IMG/VR virus record: IMGVR_UViG_3300045988_053504
Span: 1-39,888 of that record
DNA from: a virus
Reading direction: 5' to 3' (one strand)
Length of the DNA stretch: 39,888 nt
The position numbers and the translations under genes are program-made. Position 1 is the stretch's first letter; every line of letters begins with the position of its first letter. Below, piece after piece: positions 31,760 through 39,635 of the stretch. The notes under the pieces are model-generated. The model was not told where the DNA came from. It was given only the letters and a program-made list of their open reading frames with translations, and did no database searches.

Positions 31760-32365
31760 CTATCTCTTTATTGAATTTCTAATAATATCGTTGATCTGAT
31801 CATTTATAGACGGCTGTCCTTCTTTCCCACCGTTCTGACTTCCAAAGGACACTCTCATCTGGCCCCCAGACTGCCCTGCATATTTGGGATTTTCTTTTAA
31901 GAACAGATCAAGTGCCTTTGAAAAATCCGTCTTTTCATCTACCAGTTTCCCGGCCTTGAACAGGACATAGTCAAGATCATCCGCATTAATACCTTTTTGT
32001 GTTGCGATCTTCTCTCGGTTTGACTGTTCAATCTTCTTATTTGCTTCATCAAGTTGTGTTTGTAGTTTTTTGGGGTCCGGCTGGCTTGCTGCCCTTGCGG
32101 TTTTGTAGTCTGCAATCGCTTGTGTAATTTCTTCGCTGCTCATTCCCTGCTGCTGAAAAAAACTCCTTAGCGCCGAATTGGTCGCCCTGGTCTCTCTTGC
32201 CTCTACAATCGCATCCAGCTGGTCTTGTGTATAAGATGCTCCGGTTGTCTGCGCTCCGGTTCCGCCTCCGGCGTTCTGATTTCCTTCCTGGCCGCCGTTG
32301 CCACCTTCTCCTCCGTCTCCGCCATCTGCAAAGAACTGGATATTCATTGGGATCATATTTTTCAT
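31760..32365 (-). CDS. Scaffolding protein (DUF4355-like)
   Basis: The track ORF starts at 32425. ATG 32365 follows GGAAAGGAACGAGT. It has an MNIQFFADGG leader, a Gly-rich linker and helical Q/K/E-rich regions. Confidence 0.7.
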   Translation of the reverse strand: MKNMIPMNIQFFADGGDGGEGGNGGQEGNQNAGGGTGAQTTGASYTQDQLDAIVEARETRATNSALRSFFQQQGMSSEEITQAIADYKTARAASQPDPKKLQTQLDEANKKIEQSNREKIATQKGINADDLDYVLFKAGKLVDEKTDFSKALDLFLKENPKYAGQSGGQMRVSFGSQNGGKEGQPSINDQINDIIRNSIKR

Positions 32366-32432
32366 ACTCGTTCCTTTCCGTATCTGTTCGTCAACATCCC
32401 GTGGGCAGTTTTTGGCCTTAACCACGTTTTGG

Positions 32433-32460
32433 GCATAAAAATAACACGCCTTAAGCGTGC
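32433..32460 (-). terminator. Terminator-like hairpin upstream of the scaffold gene
   Basis: On the - strand: AGCACGC-UUAAG-GCGUGUU (7 bp including one G-U) followed by AUUUUUAUG. Confidence 0.45.
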
Positions 32461-32711
32461 TTGATTTCCTGTATAAGTTGCTCTATCTGCCGGATATACT
32501 TCTGATTGCTTGTAACCCGGATATGGCTTTCCAGTGTTCGCAAGTTGCGGCTCCTTGGAAGTCTGCGACGCTCCACGTTGGATTTTATAACCAAGGATAC
32601 CCGTTTACTCCGGCAGTGGGTGTGAAGCGCAAAATTGTCCGGATTGTATAGAATCCATTCTCCTGTTTTTCTGTGCGATCTTTTAAGTTTTAATACACCG
32701 CTCCCTCCTCT
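32454..32711 (-). pseudogene. 86-codon open frame with a strong SD but no canonical start codon
   Basis: GGAGGGAG lies at 32708-32701. The in-frame codons 5-8 nt downstream are GTA and TTA. The frame is open from TAG (32712-32714) to TAA (32451-32453). Translation ...LKLKRSHRKTGEWILYNPDNFALHTHCRSKRVSLVIKSNVERRRLPRSRNLRTLESHIRVTSNQKYIRQIEQLIQEIKHA is very basic. Confidence 0.3.
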
Positions 32712-32720
32712 CTAATAGCA

Positions 32721-32750
32721 TAACAAAAGCACCCATCTCTGGATGCTTTC
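32721..32750 (-). terminator. Terminator-like hairpin after the zinc-ribbon ORF
   Basis: On the - strand: AGCAUCC-AGAGAU-GGGUGCU (one G-U pair) followed by UUUGUUAUG. Confidence 0.5.
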
Positions 32751-32760
32751 TACACTGACT

Positions 32761-32943
32761 CTACTCGTTTTTTGTAATATCCCCATCAAAAAGTGCGGCT
32801 TGACCGCAGTTTTGACATTTAAAGCAAATAGTGTTTCTTCCAAATTGTAATTTTTCAACCTTCACATTTTCCGCCCCACAGAATGGACACTTCCCGGCGT
32901 CCCCATTCTTTTGATAAGATATCAAATTTTCTAACCATTTCAT
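32761..32943 (-). CDS. Zinc-ribbon mini-protein (60 aa) coupled to the MuF gene
   Basis: CPFCG ... CQNCG. ATGA overlap with the stop of 32940-34547. Confidence 0.65.
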   Translation of the reverse strand: MKWLENLISYQKNGDAGKCPFCGAENVKVEKLQFGRNTICFKCQNCGQAALFDGDITKNE

Positions 32944-34547
32944 GGCTCCACCCTCTTTCTGACTATATTATACCAAAATTCTTCAAACTTGTAAGCCTGT
33001 TTTTCCATTTCTGCTAAATGATCTTGTGTATACTTTTTCCCGTACTTCCGAAGCTGTAAAACATGGCATCTTTCATGGATGATTGTCCTTACCAGTTCTT
33101 TTTCATCTTTAAATGCCCTTGGAAAAAGGTCAATCCTTCCTATGTTATCATAGTCCGTACTTCCAAGATAATGTAGCTTTATAAGCTCTTCATTTCTTTG
33201 TATTTTTATTGTTAAATCTCTTATTTCAAGTCCATATTTTTTAGAGATTTTATCGACACTTCTTTTCTGTAATGGTATTTCTAATCCTGCGAATTTTCCA
33301 GTATTCTTTTCCTTCCTTGTAAGTTTTGCCGCCCATACAGCCTTTTGTGCCACGCTCCGGTTGAATCCCACAATATTTCCACTACTGTCCAGAACTGCAT
33401 GAACCTGAGTCCTTGCAGATTCTACCCGGCGGCCCGTCTGCCTGCAAAACTCTTTTAGCTTCTTTTCCTGCTCCTTGAGCCGTACAGATTCGGATTCAAA
33501 ACGCTGTTGTAAGGTATTTTTCAGAACATCATCATCGCCTGCTGCCTTGATCCCGGCATCGTATCCGGTCAGCTTGCGCTTTGTGTTCCTGATTTGCCGC
33601 TCCTGGAAACGCTGCATCTGCGAGACTTCGTATTCTGTATAGTTCTTTCCTCCGTATGTATAGCTACTTTCCTGGTATTCTTGTAGCATCTTATCTGTAT
33701 ATGCAGGAACAGATACCCCAGGTATAAATGCATAGAAGTTATGACGGCAGTTCCATCCGCACAGCCCTGGCCCTGTTCCATATCCGGTACTTTCGTAAAA
33801 CGGCGGATACTTGGGATCTTTCCCAGAGATACAGAAAACCTTCCCTTGCCAGACTTCATGCTCCGGCCTGGCCCCGCTGTGTGCCGTAGTCTCGACATAG
33901 TCACAGTCCATTTCTTTGGCATATTCCAGGTTCAGCTGTGCCGCCGACTGGTTTACTCCGGTCAGCACACTGCGCCTGACTGCAACATCCAGTTTATCGG
34001 TATGACCAGATGGATATAATACCTCTGTACCCTGTACTGCTGCCTCTTTGATCGCATCTGCTATGGCCTTATCATAGCTGAAAGCCCCCGTTTGCACTTT
34101 CAGCGTAGCACTATTGCAGGCGTTTATATATGCGCTCTGGGCCTTGTTTGCAGTCGTTAGAGTAAGATTGCTAATCTCTCCTTTGGTCTTCCGGAAGTTT
34201 GCATTTAAAATCTTCTGCATTTCTTCCGACTGGTGTAATTCGATCGGTTTTTTCCCTGCACGTTTGTAGATCACAGATTCATTTTTTATGTTTTTTACTC
34301 CGGATTCTTCAAACAACCGCTTAACTTCCCGGTCTGTATACCCGGACACTTGGCCAATCCGTTTGATTGCGTCCTGATAGACAACTCCTGAGTTCTGTAA
34401 AACATACGCCTGATGCTTTGCCGTGTCTGTGATCTGCTTTGTTTTTACTATTCGGCGGGCAATGTCTCCGATAATAGCCGCTGACAGTTCATCTATTAGA
34501 GCAAGCAACTGATCTGAAAATTTCTCTAAGTATTCCGGATCAAGCAT
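32940..34547 (-). CDS. MuF / SPP1 gp7-like head morphogenesis protein with an extra C-terminal HExxH domain
   Basis: MuF core: ARPEHEVWQGKVF ... GPGLCGWNCRHNFYAF. A coiled linker follows. The C-terminal roughly 100 aa contain LVRTIIHERCHVLQLRKYG, with the HExxH codons at 33063-33077. Confidence 0.75.
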   Translation of the reverse strand: MLDPEYLEKFSDQLLALIDELSAAIIGDIARRIVKTKQITDTAKHQAYVLQNSGVVYQDAIKRIGQVSGYTDREVKRLFEESGVKNIKNESVIYKRAGKKPIELHQSEEMQKILNANFRKTKGEISNLTLTTANKAQSAYINACNSATLKVQTGAFSYDKAIADAIKEAAVQGTEVLYPSGHTDKLDVAVRRSVLTGVNQSAAQLNLEYAKEMDCDYVETTAHSGARPEHEVWQGKVFCISGKDPKYPPFYESTGYGTGPGLCGWNCRHNFYAFIPGVSVPAYTDKMLQEYQESSYTYGGKNYTEYEVSQMQRFQERQIRNTKRKLTGYDAGIKAAGDDDVLKNTLQQRFESESVRLKEQEKKLKEFCRQTGRRVESARTQVHAVLDSSGNIVGFNRSVAQKAVWAAKLTRKEKNTGKFAGLEIPLQKRSVDKISKKYGLEIRDLTIKIQRNEELIKLHYLGSTDYDNIGRIDLFPRAFKDEKELVRTIIHERCHVLQLRKYGKKYTQDHLAEMEKQAYKFEEFWYNIVRKRVEP

Positions 34548-34557
34548 CTGTTATCAC

Positions 34558-35988
34558 CTACTCTTCTCGAATATCCAGCGGTTCTTCTGCCTGCTGCGGC
34601 ATCATCTTCGTTGCTTCCGCCTCATCCACGCCATACCGCCACATCAGGTATTGTACCTTGTCAATGATCCCTGCGCTGACCTCCTGCATCCTTATCGTCT
34701 GTTCTGTATTGCTATCAACAATGATAGAATCATCAAATTTAATCGTAGCCTCTGAATCTATATTCAGGGACAATCCGGTTTCATTTCCCAGCCGCAGGAT
34801 GATTCGTATCAACTCTTTTAAAACAGATTCCAGAATAATCTCATGCTTACATATAGACCGGTACAGGTTAGAGTTCTCGGATATGACCTGCGTTGCCGTA
34901 GTCAGGTTTCCACTGTCAAACTTGTAATACTTCTCGCCAAGCCCTGCCTTGGTAGAAAAGATATTCAGGTTGTCATTTAGCCCTTGCTGGTGCTCGGCGG
35001 CTCTTAGAGACATATCTATTTCTTTCAGGAGTTGGTCTGTTGCTCCATCATCCTCCGGCATCTGGTAGAATACTACGTCTTTATCGTCAAATGCGGGTGT
35101 GCCAAATATATCTTGTGAGACCATGTCTGGCCTGACAAAGATCCTCTTCTTTCCCAGCACAAACTCATTGATATAGGAATCATATACAATGTCTATCCCC
35201 TGCATCACATCCTCCGCATTGGCATAAACACTGATCCCCATGGGATTATCCGGGTCAATGTTATTTGCAATATTGAGACGGTCGATCACAAACTGTTTTT
35301 CCGTTGTCCCGGTGTAGATCACGGGAACCATTCCAGTAAACGCAGTGATCTCGTTCCAATCCGTGACTTCTTTCATAGAGCCGTTTGTAGCATCTACGAC
35401 CTCGTTACGGATCTTGTACTGAAAAAATCCATCCGCACTGTTTTCAAGTTCATGATATTGCAGATGTGCATACTTCTTTCTGTTACAGTTCTTATAACTC
35501 ACAAAGCAACATTCTGTAATTGAACCATTCTCCCAAGAAAGCGGATAAATATTTGGGGCTGTGTAATAATTTATCCTTACTCTTCCTCCGCCTTTGATAT
35601 CACCTGCATCATTAATCACAACATCGTCCAGGTATGGAACAATCGCTACTGTACCAAGGGCTGCTTTCTTTTCCTGTCCCTCGTTCATGCGGACTGTAAA
35701 GTTATTCTCTTCAAGAATCTGTGTGATAAATTCATCTGCTGCCTGATCATCCAAGGTGATCGACACCTTCTCGTTGAACAGCAGATCTGCCCAATCCTCC
35801 GATACCTTTTTCCCCATTCCAAGTGTTTTCCTCTTACACCGGATCTGGTTCTTCCCGTTATATACCTTGTAATTGTGAAAGTTCTTGACCTCTCCCTCAT
35901 ACCAGGATTTCCACTGGTGGATATGTCCGTAAAAACTGCCATCCACGGAGTCATATCCTTTCTTATTTAGATACTGTAAAACATTCAT
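34558..35988 (-). CDS. Portal protein (SPP1 gp6-like)
   Basis: 476 aa between TerL and MuF, with a 4-nt overlap with terL. Confidence 0.75.
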   Translation of the reverse strand: MNVLQYLNKKGYDSVDGSFYGHIHQWKSWYEGEVKNFHNYKVYNGKNQIRCKRKTLGMGKKVSEDWADLLFNEKVSITLDDQAADEFITQILEENNFTVRMNEGQEKKAALGTVAIVPYLDDVVINDAGDIKGGGRVRINYYTAPNIYPLSWENGSITECCFVSYKNCNRKKYAHLQYHELENSADGFFQYKIRNEVVDATNGSMKEVTDWNEITAFTGMVPVIYTGTTEKQFVIDRLNIANNIDPDNPMGISVYANAEDVMQGIDIVYDSYINEFVLGKKRIFVRPDMVSQDIFGTPAFDDKDVVFYQMPEDDGATDQLLKEIDMSLRAAEHQQGLNDNLNIFSTKAGLGEKYYKFDSGNLTTATQVISENSNLYRSICKHEIILESVLKELIRIILRLGNETGLSLNIDSEATIKFDDSIIVDSNTEQTIRMQEVSAGIIDKVQYLMWRYGVDEAEATKMMPQQAEEPLDIREE

Positions 35989-37316
35989 GATGCATCATCC
36001 TCTCTATCTGCTGCCGGAAGAAACATCCTAACCCACTTCCAAAGTCCCATGATGCAGTATCTTGTAGCATCCTGGCAATGGTCATTTTCTTTCAGAGGTT
36101 CTTCCTTTCCTTTTTCTATGCTCTCCGGTTTATATCCATACAGCTCCATCTCTTCTGCCAGATGCTTCTGCTCTGGACAAAAAGAAAGCACCTGGAAGGA
36201 CATGAGCTTTTGCACTCTTCCGATGCCTGTTTTTACGGTATTGTCCGCATCTACTATCTTGATCCTTGGTACTTGCCGTTTTATCTCTTCTGCCAATCCT
36301 TTCGCAGACGGATCAATGAATGCCATTCGGACATAGCAGTGATATTTCTTTTCTATCTCTGCTACAAATGCCTTGAAGTCTTGGGCGTATTCAGATGGGG
36401 ACTTTTGCCCCTCTTCCCTGCCGCAGTGATAATACTCTGCAAGGCCCATGACTTTCTTCTGATGCAGATAGATCCCGTAGGGTTGATAGGTGGTAGCGTT
36501 CATCTGTCCATAGTCTATGCCGATGCCTATCACATCAGGACGATCCTGAGGTGCTTTGATATGCAACGCCTTGTTGAACATGTAATAGATCAACTCATCC
36601 AGACCGATGCTCTGACCAAGCCACACCCAGTTATATAGGCGTTCGTCCATCTGTTTCATGATCTCGGCAGATTCTATGAGCTTCTTACCAAGCCAGGAAA
36701 CAGGAACATCCCTATAATCCACATGGATATGAAGCACATCCGGACGCTCTTTCATCTTCTCCAGCCACTTTATGACTGGGGCCGCTGGATTTTTCGGAGG
36801 GTTGAAAAAGTATACCATCTGGAACTCTTCATCGTTTCCACGGATAAAGGTTGCTTCTATATTGGACAGTTCGTCTTCCCCGTCTCCTTTATCGAAGAAC
36901 TCCGTCAGCTCGTCAATAACAACTCTCTTGATCGGCTTACTCTCGTCAATCATTCCCTTTGTATCGTCGATACTGTCGTTCCCGGTAAAATAAATGGTGT
37001 TTCCATTCTTTTTATACTGGATCTCCATGGGACTGACTGTGATCTTGAAATCCCTCTTTTTGTTAAGCCCGAGCCTGTGAATCCCTCGGAGTGTTTCTTT
37101 ATATACCGTTTTTTTCAGCTTATTGTGAAATTTCCTCATGACCACAGTAGAACAGTTATCGTCTGAGATGATCTTATAGATATCCCGTATGCCGCCAAAG
37201 GAGGATTTTGTCCCGGCACGTCCAGATGTAATGATTAAATGTGTGTGTTCTGTGTCATTGAACGCTTCCCGGAATTTCGGAATAATAAGATCACTAATCC
37301 GTATTTCTTTAGACAT
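35985..37316 (-). CDS. terL: Terminase large subunit (PBSX/Terminase_3-like)
   Basis: Walker A-like ITSGRAGTKSS, Walker B-like RVVIDELTE, and a C-terminal nuclease region with acidic residues (IGIDYG ... FIDPS ... NDHCQDATRY). Confidence 0.85.
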   Translation of the reverse strand: MSKEIRISDLIIPKFREAFNDTEHTHLIITSGRAGTKSSFGGIRDIYKIISDDNCSTVVMRKFHNKLKKTVYKETLRGIHRLGLNKKRDFKITVSPMEIQYKKNGNTIYFTGNDSIDDTKGMIDESKPIKRVVIDELTEFFDKGDGEDELSNIEATFIRGNDEEFQMVYFFNPPKNPAAPVIKWLEKMKERPDVLHIHVDYRDVPVSWLGKKLIESAEIMKQMDERLYNWVWLGQSIGLDELIYYMFNKALHIKAPQDRPDVIGIGIDYGQMNATTYQPYGIYLHQKKVMGLAEYYHCGREEGQKSPSEYAQDFKAFVAEIEKKYHCYVRMAFIDPSAKGLAEEIKRQVPRIKIVDADNTVKTGIGRVQKLMSFQVLSFCPEQKHLAEEMELYGYKPESIEKGKEEPLKENDHCQDATRYCIMGLWKWVRMFLPAADREDDAS

Positions 37317-38097
37317 CGTTTATAATCACCACCTGGTCATTTTCCCCGTCATCCTTATCGGACTCTAACTTCCTGCGCTGTGCCTGCAGCAATTTAACCT
37401 TTTCTTGCTGCTCAGGTGTCGCAAGATCCATGTGATCGCTAATCCATTGTATGGCTTTCATTCGGTCAGCCAGCTTCACCTTTACACCGTCCTTGCCCTT
37501 TGAAACCTCTGATAACAGTGTTCCATCTACCTCTCCAGCATTCTTTATATTTACATAAGATATGGTCATAGGCCCATTATCCGTTTCTATTTCCATGTTC
37601 CCAAAGTCGGCAAAGTCGGTTATATCTGCCCGGGCAATATCTAAATACCATTGAAATACGTCTGAACCTTCCAGCATCGCTTTATTAAGCCTGCCCTGCT
37701 TTAGTTGCTGTATTTCCTCTTTGATTCGTGTATTTCTGAGTAGCCCTGGACCGTTTGTGAGTGCCGTTTCATATCTGCATCCATAGGCTTTCTGATATGC
37801 CTTTGTAGCATTAAAGCATCTGACATACTGTAAACAAAAAAGCCGTTGCTTATCGGTTAGATCAGGATTGTTTACTACCTGTTCTACTTCCGGTGCAATG
37901 GCTTCTTTCTGTTCTGTTTCCTGTTTCCGAACGTTCGCTTTCTTTCCCGAACGTTCGCTATCCCATCCCTGAGTGCTTTTCCATCGTCTCACGGTCCCAG
38001 GGGGCTTTCCGATCTCTTTTGCTATATCTACCAGATTCATACCTTGCTTATACATCTGCTCTGCCTTTATGGAATCCGGACTTCTGCTCCTTGGCAC
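37309..38097 (-). CDS. terS: Terminase small subunit (N-terminal HTH plus Terminase_2-like domain)
   Basis: MNLVDIAKEIGKPPGTVRRWKS is an HTH. LTDKQRLFCLQYVRCFNATKAYQKAYG is the terS signature by recall. 8-nt overlap with terL. Confidence 0.8.
   Translation of the reverse strand: MPRSRSPDSIKAEQMYKQGMNLVDIAKEIGKPPGTVRRWKSTQGWDSERSGKKANVRKQETEQKEAIAPEVEQVVNNPDLTDKQRLFCLQYVRCFNATKAYQKAYGCRYETALTNGPGLLRNTRIKEEIQQLKQGRLNKAMLEGSDVFQWYLDIARADITDFADFGNMEIETDNGPMTISYVNIKNAGEVDGTLLSEVSKGKDGVKVKLADRMKAIQWISDHMDLATPEQQEKVKLLQAQRRKLESDKDDGENDQVVIINDV
37927..37959. repeat. Two copies of a 13-bp repeat, CCGAACGTTCGCT, each containing the 10-bp palindrome CGAACGTTCG
   Basis: Copies at 37927-37939 and 37947-37959, 20 bp apart, inside terS. 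The two copies are read in different codon phases (SERS and ANVR). Confidence 0.9.
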
Positions 38098-38114
38098 TTT
38101 TCTTTCACCCCTTA

Positions 38115-38708
38115 TTATCTTCCCATCTGTCTAATCCATGCCTCTACTTCTTTTTCGTTGTAACTTAGCTGTTCCAGCACTGTTACAAGAGGAACTGTCT
38201 GGTTCAAAAATATCTGTTCATATGCATACCGCATACATCTTGCTATTTCCTCGTACATCACAGCTCCCGTTGCCCCTCCGAACGCCGGGATCATAGCCGT
38301 TTGCACCCCTAGCTTTTTCAGCTCAATAAGGCTGCTTCTCATACAGTTGTAGATAACGGATTTATCTACAACTATTTCTGGTATTCTCATTGTTGGGGAG
38401 TATACAAGATACTTACCTCCAGCTTTGACTGTCGTTGCACTTCCAGGCGGCAGTTCTCCATACCAATCTTTCTGTATTTTCTTTTGCAAGTCTTCTTGTG
38501 CCTTCATCCCGAAATAATTTCTTATTTCCAGATCCAGCCCGCCATCCATAATCCCGAAACTATTTCCAGGCGCTACGATTGCCTCTGGTTTATACTCTTT
38601 TATGAAAACTTGAAAATCACCAGTAACAATCTCAACATTTTGGTATTGAAATGTTTTTTTCCATGCTTCTGTCATATATCTATTCGAATCTAATAAATAC
38701 AGTTTCAT
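38115..38708 (-). CDS. Macro-domain protein (Macro_2-like, ADP-ribose binding/hydrolase candidate)
   Basis: The track ORF starts at GTG 38714. ATG 38708 gives an ATGA overlap with the upstream stop and follows AAGAGGG. Motifs are AIVAPGNSFGIMDGGLDLEI ... GELPPGSATTV ... LVYSPTMRIPE ... IPAFGGATG. Confidence 0.65.
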   Translation of the reverse strand: MKLYLLDSNRYMTEAWKKTFQYQNVEIVTGDFQVFIKEYKPEAIVAPGNSFGIMDGGLDLEIRNYFGMKAQEDLQKKIQKDWYGELPPGSATTVKAGGKYLVYSPTMRIPEIVVDKSVIYNCMRSSLIELKKLGVQTAMIPAFGGATGAVMYEEIARCMRYAYEQIFLNQTVPLVTVLEQLSYNEKEVEAWIRQMGR

Positions 38709-39169
38709 GAACACCCTCTTGGATAATATGTGCGTTCTTCAAGTTGCTTCTTTACATTTTCCATTACAGCTTTAGCAACTTTGCTTGAATCAACTGTGAC
38801 TTCTTTCGTTACAATATTGCCCTCCGGCAGGTCAATAGCGTCCACATCGATAAATGCCTGCAACATCTTTGGAAATTGCAATGCGATCCAGTCTGTGATT
38901 TCCTCTGACTGTCCCCATGCTTTCACATTGCCGCTATTGCTCCATAAGCCACTCTCGTACAAAAACGCATGAACAATTTCGTGTCGCAGAACTTTTTTCC
39001 TGTAAGAGTCCAGATCCTTGATACTGTCTCTATCGCTTTCTCCAAAGTCTGCGATCCATATTTCTTTAATCGAATGATCCATACATCCGTCACCTTCTAG
39101 AGGCATGTCTTCCTGTGGCACATCCATTTTGATCGTGTACTCTGTTCCTAATACATTTACCTTCTGCAT
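38705..39169 (-). CDS. HExxH metallopeptidase-like protein (ImmA/IrrE, M78-like architecture)
   Basis: GTEYTIKM ... GDGCMDHSIKEIWIAD ... RKKVLRHEIVHAFLYESG. The RBS GGAGGTAAGT lies 20 nt after the tRNA-Ser 3' end. Confidence 0.55.
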   Translation of the reverse strand: MQKVNVLGTEYTIKMDVPQEDMPLEGDGCMDHSIKEIWIADFGESDRDSIKDLDSYRKKVLRHEIVHAFLYESGLWSNSGNVKAWGQSEEITDWIALQFPKMLQAFIDVDAIDLPEGNIVTKEVTVDSSKVAKAVMENVKKQLEERTYYPRGCS

Positions 39170-39189
39170 ACTTACCTCCTTTTCTACAA

Positions 39190-39273
39190 CGGAGAATGAA
39201 GGACTCGAACCTCCGCACCCCGTAGGGTGTACTGATTAGCAATCAGCTGCATTACCCGGTCTGCCAATTCTCC
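39190..39273 (-). tRNA. tRNA-Ser (anticodon GCU), class II with long variable arm
   Basis: Folded by hand. Acceptor GGAGAAT/ATTCTCC. 3-bp D stem GCA/TGC. Anticodon stem GCTGA/TCAGT with loop TTGCTAA. Variable arm CACCC-TACG-GGGTG. T arm GGAGG-TTCGAGT-CCTTC. Discriminator G. No encoded CCA. Confidence 0.85.
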
Positions 39274-39558
39274 ATACGGGCTTAGCCCGTAGCAATATAT
39301 TTTATGTGCCATGCCGGGCACACCGTGTTCTTAGAATAATTATTTTTTGTATAGGATAGAACACAGAAGACCCATTACAGTTGTACAGTTTTGCTCCTTG
39401 AAAACCACCTGTGCGCCCTCGTTTCGTACGCACGTTCCTTAATTACTCCAGAGCTATTCGTATGTTGCATCTTCCACGCAAATACAACATTTTTTACGAA
39501 TTAGTTTTTTGCAGACCGCACCGTGGATTTTTATCGGACTGCCGTCTAGGTGTAAAAA

Positions 39559-39631
39559 TGGACACTCAGGGAATCGAACCCTGGACATATCGGTTATGAG
39601 CCGATTGCTCTACCATCTGAGCTAAATGTCC
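39559..39631 (-). tRNA. tRNA with CAU anticodon (elongator Met, or Ile2 if lysidine-modified)
   Basis: Folded by hand. Acceptor GGACATT/AGTGTCC (one G-U). D arm GCTC-AGATGGTA-GAGC. Anticodon arm ATCGG-CTCATAA-CCGAT. T arm CAGGG-TTCGATT-CCCTG. The G1-C72 pair and the lack of three G-C pairs in the anticodon stem argue against an initiator. Confidence 0.85.
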
Positions 39632-39635
39632 GCAC

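Noticed and set aside
32457-32651. 64-aa + strand ORF (GTG start) in the head-operon insert.
   Set aside because: No SD, and it is on the opposite strand to every neighbouring gene. The - strand frame with the strong SD looks more protein-like.
39274-39558. A third tRNA or a tmRNA-like gene between the two tRNAs.
   Set aside because: I could not fold any cloverleaf, and there is no GTTCGA-type T-loop with a matching acceptor stem. I report it only as a structured spacer.
39411-39599. 62-aa + strand ORF.
   Set aside because: It overlaps the tRNA-CAU gene on the opposite strand, has no RBS and lies in the structured spacer.
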